Of a stretch of 29,229 bases of DNA, positions 16,785 to 25,100 are shown in pieces. The position numbers and the translations under genes were made by a program. Position 1 is the stretch's first letter, and each line of letters begins with the position of its first letter. The notes below the pieces were generated by a model that worked only from the letters and a program-made list of their open reading frames with translations, searched no databases and was not told the origin of the DNA. The stretch is from a virus (lineage: Duplodnaviria > Caudoviricetes), in the IMG/VR virus record IMGVR_UViG_3300020054_000927, positions 1 through 29,229 of that record; one strand, given 5' to 3'.

Positions 16785-17720
16785 TTAAAGCCCAGCTTGT
16801 TGTCCATAAGTTGCATTTAATATTCCACCAGAATTTGGTACTTCTGCAGTTGAATAAAAAGTTCCTTCATTACATACAACTTTAACTCTAAAATCTGGAT
16901 TCGCCGAAGCAAAGTTGGTTGTAGTATTTGTTGTCCCAGAGCTTTGATTTGGATCTCTTTGTGCCATCCACCCAAATCTAGTTGTTCCTGGTGTAGTGCT
17001 TATATTATAATATGTTCCAGAGTTATAACCATTTGAAACTGGAGTTGGACCATACGCGTAATTAGAAGGAGTACAAGTTCCACTACAAGCTTGAGATGAA
17101 ACATTGTATTGTGCCTGGACCGAACTAATACCTGTTAATCCAGTATAGTTTATATAAGTTGTGGTTGGAGTACTTGGCGCTGCCGATGTGCCAGAATCAA
17201 ATACTACAATAATTCTATTATTTGCATCATCTCTTTCAAATCTAACATAAGCCCATGCTTCGGGCCAGCCAACTTGTGATGTTTCGGATTCACTAAAATT
17301 AATACCTAATATACTAAATGAGCTGTCCATAGTTGCAGATGGTGTACCAGCCGCATCATAAGGAAGTGCTGTTGCTCTAACAGTAGAAGCATCCCAACAA
17401 GTTAAAGTAACTGTCCAAAATCTATTTGAGGACCATGTAATTGCTGTTGGAAATTTAACTTCTGAAGGCCAAGAAGGTGCATAAGGAGTAGTACTAGTAT
17501 CAAGAAGCAAAGTTACTTGTTTTCCTACACCTCTATTAGAAGTAGTAAAAGTAACGTTACTGGTCATTGCCAGTGTTTGATAAGTTTTTGTGAAATCTAT
17601 GTCTGTAGTAATTGTGCTAACAATAGGATGCCAATTATCAAAAGTGCCTGCACACTCTTCTATATTTTCTAAAGCACGGCTGTCATTAATTACTGTAAAA
17701 CTGGATACTTTGATTGCCAT
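16785..17720 (-). CDS. MAIK-family fibre-like structural protein, paralogue 1 (shared N-domain plus unique C-domain)
   Basis: MAIKVSSFTVIND...LLDTSTTPYAPSWP...WTVTLTCWDASTVRATA followed by about 185 unique Ser/Thr/Tyr-rich residues; GAGGA RBS. Confidence 0.75.
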   Translation of the reverse strand: MAIKVSSFTVINDSRALENIEECAGTFDNWHPIVSTITTDIDFTKTYQTLAMTSNVTFTTSNRGVGKQVTLLLDTSTTPYAPSWPSEVKFPTAITWSSNRFWTVTLTCWDASTVRATALPYDAAGTPSATMDSSFSILGINFSESETSQVGWPEAWAYVRFERDDANNRIIVVFDSGTSAAPSTPTTTYINYTGLTGISSVQAQYNVSSQACSGTCTPSNYAYGPTPVSNGYNSGTYYNISTTPGTTRFGWMAQRDPNQSSGTTNTTTNFASANPDFRVKVVCNEGTFYSTAEVPNSGGILNATYGQQAGL

Positions 17721-17763
17721 CTTCGTCCTCTCGACTATTAGCAGTTAATTTAATTTATAGTTT

Positions 17764-17771
17764 TATTTATA
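17764..17771 (-). promoter_or_regulatory. T4-type late promoter for the MAIK array
   Basis: TATAAATA(AAACTATAA) on the minus strand immediately after the cupin-gene stop. Confidence 0.8.
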
Positions 17772-17773
17772 CA

Positions 17774-18523
17774 TTAGTCACGGCGCTCAATGTCATCTTC
17801 TGATAAAATATTGCCAAGCCATACTTCAATTACCTTCGCAGGTTCTGTTCCTATATTTGTTGCTTTATGCCAAACACCTTTTGGAATATCAATACTTTGT
17901 CCTGCTACATATACGTCATGGTGTATCTGATTTTCTTTTTGTAGAACCATTTTAATAGATCCTTCTACAATATGCCAATGTTCTGATCTATGTTGATGTC
18001 TTTGGTCACTTAAAGATTTGCCTGGATCAAAGGATAATTCTTTTACTTGCCAATTGCCGTTTGAATGTAAAACTGTATATGTTCCCCATGTTCGTTTAAC
18101 CGTAGGTTGCGACCATTCTTTTAATATCCAGCTTGAAGAATTCTTTTTATTTTCTCCACCTATACCAAATTCAAACTCAATACCTTCTACGGTCATCTCA
18201 GGGATGTTATCTGATGTTCTATCACCACCATTTACGAATACAATAGTATCATTGGGGTATAGTGCTTTAACTTGTTCTAAGCAATCTATCGCACTTCCAT
18301 CTGAATCGTCAAAAGCCATTACTTCATCAACAAATCCTAACGCTCCTACAATTGCGGCTCGTTCTTCCCAAGGCATAAAGTATCTACCTTTCTTTTGTTT
18401 TAACCAAGAGTCTGAATTTACTCCGACAATTAATCTCATACCACAAGCAGCAGCTTCTTCGAGATATTTAATATGTCCTGAATGAATTGGATCAAATCCT
18501 CCAGTAGCTACTATGGTAATCAT
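17774..18523 (-). CDS. Bifunctional HxGH nucleotidyltransferase (RfaE/HldC/TagD-like) plus ManC-type (type II mannose-6-phosphate isomerase) cupin
   Basis: N-half: ATGGFDPIHSGH, LIVGVNSD, VDEV, FVNGGDR, KKNSSSWIL. C-half: RTWGTYTVL, VKELSFDPGKSLSDQRHQHRSEHWHIVEG, IEVWLGNILSEDDIER. Start placed at ATG 18523 (TAATG overlap, GGAGG RBS). Confidence 0.88.
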   Translation of the reverse strand: MITIVATGGFDPIHSGHIKYLEEAAACGMRLIVGVNSDSWLKQKKGRYFMPWEERAAIVGALGFVDEVMAFDDSDGSAIDCLEQVKALYPNDTIVFVNGGDRTSDNIPEMTVEGIEFEFGIGGENKKNSSSWILKEWSQPTVKRTWGTYTVLHSNGNWQVKELSFDPGKSLSDQRHQHRSEHWHIVEGSIKMVLQKENQIHHDVYVAGQSIDIPKGVWHKATNIGTEPAKVIEVWLGNILSEDDIERRD

Positions 18524-19752
18524 TACAATTCCTCCATGAAATAATCCCACACAAAATTAGAATCTTTATTTGTTTTCATTTCTTTTGGTAAATCAACAAG
18601 TTCAGAATGAATATACCAATCTTCGTATGGATGTCCAGGACAAAAAGAAACATTTGGTACTGCTAATACATATCCATGTTTCTTTAATATATTTCTTGCA
18701 CTGTCTCTTCTTTCATTTCCTAATCTATAAAAATCGTGTTCAAAAGTAATGATTCTAAACTTAAACCTATTAAACGGTATATTTTTTAAGATATCAATTG
18801 ACGCATCATCACAATCAATTTGTAAGTAATCAATAACAGGTTCCATAGAATGGGCATTTAACATATTTTCAAAAGGAATGACTGTTGCATCAGAACAAAT
18901 AACAGTATTATTTCTGTTTTCTTTGAACTTATAACATAAAGCTTCTGAATTATCAATGGAGATACCTTTCCAATTAAAATTGCTTTCAAGCAATGCAGTA
19001 TTGTTATGAACAAATGGATCTCCTGAACCAATCTCTAAATATGTACCGTTTTGTTTACCATTAAGAACAGATAAAACAAACATATCTTGAAAATGTTTTG
19101 AATGATTCTTATGAATATTATATAGACCATTAAAGTTAAATTTAAATCTATCGGCATCATCTGCAATAAAAGGTATAACATCAGGATACCAAATACTATT
19201 CATAATTCTATCAACTTTTTCTTTTAAGCCTGGTTTTAGTTTATGTCTATATTTTAAACTAAAGAATAGTTGTTTACCGTTTTGCTGACCTGAAATATAC
19301 CATGTTGCTAATGCTTGATAATATAATAAGTATTCATAACCAGGAAATCCTAATTCACAATTTTCTTCGAGTGTGTCAGGAAGTTCAGTATTTAAAGCAT
19401 TTTCTGCATGGAATAGACAATGTTTCCATAATGATTTACTTTCGTAATGTTTACATAAATGATAATGTGCTTCAGGTCTATCTGGAATTAATGCAGCCGC
19501 ATCAAGAAATGCTCCTTCTACCGTAAAGCCTCGATCTCGTTGTCTATCATAACAACGACCAATACCTATCATACATTTATATTGTAATTCTTTATCATCA
19601 TTAAATTCTGAAGAAGATAAATCAGCAGCTTTCAAATATAAAGAAACTGCCATTGCTCCTTGTTCTAACTTATCATATTCTTTTGCCAAGTCATAACATT
19701 TTTGAGGATTCTTTCCATCTAATATATGATCTTCTAATAATTGCTGTAACAT
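18523..19752 (-). CDS. TPR-repeat plus FkbM (Methyltransf_21)-like SAM-dependent methyltransferase fusion
   Basis: N-half helical TPR-like (AVSLYLKAA, PDRPEAHYHLCKHYE). C-half SKHFQDMFV, TYLEIGSGDPFVHNNTALLE...WKGISID, IDYLQIDCD, IITFEHD, YEDWY. Confidence 0.8.
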   Translation of the reverse strand: MLQQLLEDHILDGKNPQKCYDLAKEYDKLEQGAMAVSLYLKAADLSSSEFNDDKELQYKCMIGIGRCYDRQRDRGFTVEGAFLDAAALIPDRPEAHYHLCKHYESKSLWKHCLFHAENALNTELPDTLEENCELGFPGYEYLLYYQALATWYISGQQNGKQLFFSLKYRHKLKPGLKEKVDRIMNSIWYPDVIPFIADDADRFKFNFNGLYNIHKNHSKHFQDMFVLSVLNGKQNGTYLEIGSGDPFVHNNTALLESNFNWKGISIDNSEALCYKFKENRNNTVICSDATVIPFENMLNAHSMEPVIDYLQIDCDDASIDILKNIPFNRFKFRIITFEHDFYRLGNERRDSARNILKKHGYVLAVPNVSFCPGHPYEDWYIHSELVDLPKEMKTNKDSNFVWDYFMEEL

Positions 19753-19755
19753 AAT

Positions 19756-20790
19756 TTATCCTCTTGCCACAAAATCGAAGAATACCTCTTCAGGCATTTT
19801 TAATAAAAAGGTTCCGTTGTCTTGATAACCAAACGATACTATCATATTTCCATTTAAAAAAGTCATACCTGTGGCAAACTCAATATTATATTCATATCCT
19901 GTGGTTGGGTCAATCTGTGTACCCATAAAATGGAAGTCGCGAGTTTTATGAATAACATTCCAATCTTTATCCCATACAATAATACGATGATTGTAATGTC
20001 CATCTTTACGATGGAATACATCTCTTGTTAAATCAACCTCGTGAGTAAATGTTAATCTTCTTCCTTCACCAATTGGATATACCTGAGTACCTCCTCGTAA
20101 ATCTCTTGGCATTTGAACAAAAGATGTTTGATCATGGTGAACAGTTTCAGTTGTTCTATTTTCAATATCGTATTTTACAACTTCTGTAGGATTACACCAC
20201 TTTACAAAATGCCAAGGTTCATCTATAATAGGCATCCAATTCTTTTCACAATAAGTTGAATCATCTCCTGGAGCAGGAATTGGGTTACGAGAAATTTCTT
20301 TCCATTCTCCATCAACAAAATCTATTTCTTGCATTTCCATTCGACCCTTTCCTTTATCGTCGTAACAATCTCTACGAACACCACAAAGGAATAGGCGGTT
20401 ATCCCAACTGAATAAACGACCATCTTCAAGACCAATAAAGTTCCAAGTTGGATCTGTATCAAATTCTGATGTATTAATACGACCTGAATTTAAAACATTT
20501 AATTCACTATCTAACTCACACATAATATTATATGTCGTTAAACTAATGTCGTTTTCTGGATGTAAGTATTGTAAAGGACCCCAGGTATGAGGAAAGCGTT
20601 TACCTTCTGAATGGTAAAGCGTATAATTAACATGACGAACATTTAAAAGAATCCTTCCATTATGTACAAAAATAGAAGGATTCATAATTCCTGTTTCGCC
20701 GGTTAATTCTTTTGGAAGGGTAATTGGGTGAATACTTCCGCCACGTTTCAATGCGTAGTGCACTAATCCGTGAAGACGTAAATCATGCAT
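19756..20790 (-). CDS. Five-bladed beta-propeller glycoside phosphorylase/transferase-like protein (GH130/DUF377/GT91-like)
   Basis: Motifs MNPSI, GLEDGRL, EKNWMP, LRGGT, IEFATG and VSFGYQD; GGAG RBS. Confidence 0.7.
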   Translation of the reverse strand: MHDLRLHGLVHYALKRGGSIHPITLPKELTGETGIMNPSIFVHNGRILLNVRHVNYTLYHSEGKRFPHTWGPLQYLHPENDISLTTYNIMCELDSELNVLNSGRINTSEFDTDPTWNFIGLEDGRLFSWDNRLFLCGVRRDCYDDKGKGRMEMQEIDFVDGEWKEISRNPIPAPGDDSTYCEKNWMPIIDEPWHFVKWCNPTEVVKYDIENRTTETVHHDQTSFVQMPRDLRGGTQVYPIGEGRRLTFTHEVDLTRDVFHRKDGHYNHRIIVWDKDWNVIHKTRDFHFMGTQIDPTTGYEYNIEFATGMTFLNGNMIVSFGYQDNGTFLLKMPEEVFFDFVARG

Positions 20791-20824
20791 GTGAACTCCA
20801 TTATATAAATCAGTTTTATATTAT

Positions 20825-20853
20825 ATTATAACATACTTTCGTATGTTTGTCAA
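20825..20853 (-). promoter_or_regulatory. Consensus sigma70 (early-type) promoter with palindromic spacer
   Basis: Minus strand TTGACA-aacatacgaaagtatgt (17 nt)-TATAAT, with extended -10 TGn. The spacer region forms AACATAC-GAAA-GTATGTT (20830-20847). Confidence 0.85.
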
Positions 20854-20860
20854 CTATTTA

Positions 20861-21193
20861 TTAAGACCAAGGAACGCTTTTTTCGACTTTGCCTCTGGAA
20901 TTAATATTCTTTGCTATCTTTGAATCGTATTTAGCAATTTGGTCAGCAGATATATTAGATTCTAACCAACCAATAACTTGTGCTTCAGTTAAATCAGCAA
21001 AAGGAGTAAAGTCAGCTTGAGCTACATCATCGGCATACACATCTGTATGCCCAACAACTTTTGACGTGTTGCCGTCAGCATCAACTCCAATCCTTCGCCA
21101 TTTAATTTCAACAACAGCATCCGCCAACGATACGCCTTCAGCGTTCGTTACGTCTCTTGTAGATAGCTTAACTATTGACCATGAGTAATTCAT
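20861..21193 (-). CDS. Putative tail-fibre assembly/chaperone-like protein, paralogue B
   Basis: YSWSI...AVVEIKW...FTPFADLTEAQVIGW...VPW; paralogous to 21208-21645; downstream of the fibre gene. Confidence 0.65.
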   Translation of the reverse strand: MNYSWSIVKLSTRDVTNAEGVSLADAVVEIKWRRIGVDADGNTSKVVGHTDVYADDVAQADFTPFADLTEAQVIGWLESNISADQIAKYDSKIAKNINSRGKVEKSVPWS

Positions 21194-21207
21194 TTATTAC
21201 TCCAGAA

Positions 21208-21645
21208 TTAAATTGCTGCTGGTTCTGGGTCGCTTTCGCCTTCTTCAGGTGCTGCAGCTTCAACTGATGGATCAGGTGTATCTGAAGCAGGTGCCCAAGG
21301 CATATCTGCATCTTCAATACCAGCTTCATCAATTTGAAGTTTAACTCTACCAGAGATATGATCTGCATATCCTTGATCGCCATTTACAACAGCCTTAATC
21401 CAACCAAGTACTGTTTCTTCTGTTAAATCAGAAAAATCAACAAAAGAACCGGCCGGTACGTTTTCAGCGCTGAACGGGGTTGCTCCTGAGAACTCACCTG
21501 TATTACCGCTTCCGTCAGTACCAGTTACTTTCCAATATGTTTGAACAACAGCTCCTTGTAAGGTTGCACCTTCAGAGTTAACTTGATCTTTCTTTTTAAG
21601 ACCAGTAACTTCCCATGTCCATGTATAATCTGTGCTAAGTGCCAT
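21208..21645 (-). CDS. Putative tail-fibre assembly/chaperone-like protein, paralogue A
   Basis: YTWTWEV...AVVQTYW...FVDFSDLTEETVLGW...MPW plus an acidic tail; GGAG RBS. Confidence 0.65.
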   Translation of the reverse strand: MALSTDYTWTWEVTGLKKKDQVNSEGATLQGAVVQTYWKVTGTDGSGNTGEFSGATPFSAENVPAGSFVDFSDLTEETVLGWIKAVVNGDQGYADHISGRVKLQIDEAGIEDADMPWAPASDTPDPSVEAAAPEEGESDPEPAAI

Positions 21646-21687
21646 TTCTATTTTTCTCCGTTAATTAATAACATTAAGTTATAGTTT

Positions 21688-21695
21688 TATTTATA
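21688..21695 (-). promoter_or_regulatory. T4-type late promoter for the chaperone-like pair
   Basis: TATAAATA(AAACTATAA) on the minus strand in the intergenic gap. Confidence 0.8.
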
Positions 21696-21719
21696 TATTA
21701 AATTCAATAGTACAATGTA

Positions 21720-22133
21720 TTAATCGTTAATAGCATCTGCCCAAGTTGGCAGTGTCATTAAATGATCGTAACCTTGTTCTACAACAGTTTTTTCCGATGC
21801 CATATCTATAGTGAAATTCATATTTTGCTCTTGATCTTGCATAATATTAATTTCCATAGAATTGTCTGCAGTAGGAACTTCCGTAGGATACTGTGCATAT
21901 GCCGCAATAGGAGCTTTACCAGCTTCTCTTGCTTCTTTACTTGCATATACAACAACAGAAGCTCGACCATAATAACCAGCTCTCCATACGTGATCTGGCG
22001 CATTATCAGGTCTTACTCCTCCAGGATCTTCAGTATCAACAGTCCGCTTAGTTGTTACTACGTTATGTATAACATGATAAGCATTAGGACAATCCAATCC
22101 GTTCTTTAATTCATAACTTTTTATTAGTGCCAT
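21720..22133 (-). CDS. Hypothetical tail-fibre-associated protein
   Basis: 137 aa, coupled to the fibre gene by a TAATG overlap. MALIK...NAYHVI and GYDHLMTLPTWADAIND resemble small proteins that follow S74-bearing fibres (recollection, not verified). Confidence 0.65.
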   Translation of the reverse strand: MALIKSYELKNGLDCPNAYHVIHNVVTTKRTVDTEDPGGVRPDNAPDHVWRAGYYGRASVVVYASKEAREAGKAPIAAYAQYPTEVPTADNSMEINIMQDQEQNMNFTIDMASEKTVVEQGYDHLMTLPTWADAIND

Positions 22134-25100
22134 TATTTATTCCTTTCTCTTTCAATTTTAAGTTCCTCTCTCAATTCATCTACTTCAGATTTAAGATCTT
22201 TAATAGCCTGAATTAAAAATGGAGTGATTTTATCATAGTTTACTGTTAGGTAGTCTTTGACTTCTTCGCCATCAATGATGACCTTTTCTTTACCGCCGTT
22301 ACCAGATTTATTTATAACAACCGCATTAGGAAGTACTTCTTGTGTATCTTGAGCGATAACAGAAACTTCTTCCAATCCACCCTCGATAACACCGGCAGTT
22401 ACTTGTTCAGCTTCTTTCTTCCAATTAAATCGACTTGGTTTCAGTTTCATGATTGTATCAAGACCTTCACCTCTTGGAAGTTCTTGAATATTTTCTTTCA
22501 ATCTTCTATCTGACCAGTAAGCAACAACGTTACCTGGTGTATATACTGAACCATCTAGATATAGACGCCATCCATAATATGTACTGTAAAAACCGTGTAC
22601 AGTTTGATTCATCATCAAACAGATGTTACCATCAAACTGCATACCACCCCAACCGTTACGAGAACCTTGAACTCTCCAAGAACCGTAAGAAGCGTTATTT
22701 GGATAGAAGTGAGCGCCGTTAATACCAGAGTAAATACCGTGATATCCAGTTAAGTTGTTCCAAGTATATTGATAACTATAACCAGATCCACCGTTGAACT
22801 GCCATCTAATAGTACCCATTGGATAATCATCATAAATACGAGTACCTTCGTAAGAGGCATTAGCACCTAACTTAATACCAGTGTGGAACGCAATTCTTAA
22901 ATCAGGATATGGATAACCCCAACCACCACCTTCTTGGAATATTCTATAAGCATGGGCTCCGTTACCAGAGTTACCACCAACACCTTTTGGTTCCCACCAA
23001 CGGGCGTATTGACCTTCGTTACTAATAACATTCATGTTTGAAGTTGACGAAGGATCTACATAATAACCGCTGTTATTTGAATCATAGAAGATTGTACCGT
23101 AAATAGCACCATCACTTCCGAAGTATTTGCTTCCGTTCCAATAGTTCTCTTTCAGAATGGATCTTCCATTCATATACATTTCGTTTACATTGAAATAGAA
23201 GTTAGACCTATCAGTATAGACATGAGCGTGTCCACCGTTAGCAGGACCAAACTGAATCCAACCGTATGGAGTTTGATGTCTCCATCCCCAGTCACCACCT
23301 CTGAAGTAATAAGAACCATTACCGTAATCTATACTTGATAATCTACTTCTTCCATTAGGATCACAGAAATAACCTGTATTATTTCTATCGTAGAATATAT
23401 AAGCTCTGAAATCGGAAGCATATCCATTACCGTAAATTTCAGTCGTACCGTAATTTGTTCTTAATGCCCAACCGCCGCCTGCATTGAGGAAACCGATATT
23501 ATTACTGTTATCAGCATATACATAACCACGAGAGTTATTACCTGAAGTTGTAAATAAGATTTGTGAAGTACTTGATGTAGAATACAATCTCCATCTTGAA
23601 GAACTGTCAGAGTACCAATGCATTGCTGTTGATTGGTTATATAATCCTTCACCTGAGTTGTAGTTTCGGAACCAGTTATCAGCATAGAATTCCCAAGCAC
23701 GTATATTATTACCTCTTACATCACCTGAACCTGAACCGAAGTAATAAGCAGTATCATTACGATCATATAGAATATTTGCTCGTATATCATTCATAGAAGA
23801 TACACCAGCACCATCCCAATAATATGAATTATTATCTCTATCGTAAATAAAGTTAACTTGTAGTGTACCGTTAATCCAAGTAGTACCACCTACATACCAG
23901 TTAATATATGTACCGTATCCTGACCTTGCGTCAATGTGTAAGTTACCGTTAGTTACTGCGACAGAAGCATAAGAACCAGTCCAATGTCCGTTTGTACCAA
24001 CTGCGAGGTATTGACCCCAAGATGGGTTAGGTCCATATAATGTACCACCTCTTTGTCTTCCTGCCGCATTACTTGTACTGTTAGGATCGTAATAATATCC
24101 AGTATCATTTGAATCATAGAAGATTGGAGCGCGGTAAGAACCACGAGCTTGCATATATCCGGGCTGAGCATATTCTTCCCAAGTACCGTTATAGAATAAT
24201 TCAGTTCTACCGTTACGACGCCAAATTGTCATCCATTCATTATCAATGTCGTTATAGATACCACATTCATCATTGTTGGCTGACATGAATACATAACGAC
24301 CGTTAATTGAATAACCTTCCCAGCCGCCTTTACCGCCACCGTTAACCTGAATAGAACCATAGTTACCAGTTGGGTAATCTATATAAATTCCAGTGTTATC
24401 ATTATAGCAAGGATAAATCCTGTTAGTAAGTAATGAATTTAAACGAGATGTACCATTAGGATCTACATAATAGTTTGTATCATTCCAATCATAATAGATT
24501 GGAGTTCGAACATCTGAAGCAAATACCGCTCTACTTGAAATAGCAGCTCTAAATCCACCGTTGTTGATAATCAACATACCGTGATCGTTTAGTTGGTTAG
24601 CACCACCTAGTCCGCCTGCGTTTGGATGCGACCAACCAATACCATACATATTTGCTGTTGAAGTACCTGCAGAGTTCGGTCTATAAGAAGAACCCATTGC
24701 GAATACTAATTGTAATCTTGTAGAAGCGTAAGAACCAGTTACACCAAGACCGTAGTTATTAAATGTATGATATCCGTTTTGGTCTGATGAATTCCATCTA
24801 GAATTTGAATGACCGTCAAAATAATAGCCTGTATTATTTCTATCGTAATATACATAAGAATAACTATTTCTTGCATATAGATCGTCACCTCTTGCATGGT
24901 TACGATTTTGAATAACAGTTTGTGGTGTATCAGTTCTTGGAGCAACACCAGATCCGTTACCACCTGGGTCGTATGAACCATAAGAAACTGTAGGTCCGTA
25001 ATTACGTCCTTTTACTCTGATGTGATAGATAGCACCACCGCTACCACCACCTCTTAACCAGATTACAAATCCTCTTTGGTTACCGAAGTGAGCAACTTCT

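Noticed and set aside
17721-17790. Hairpin hiding the MAIK-1 RBS on early read-through transcripts
   Set aside because: Only 3-5 bp of complementarity found (GACTA/TAGTC, GTC/GAC), too weak to support.
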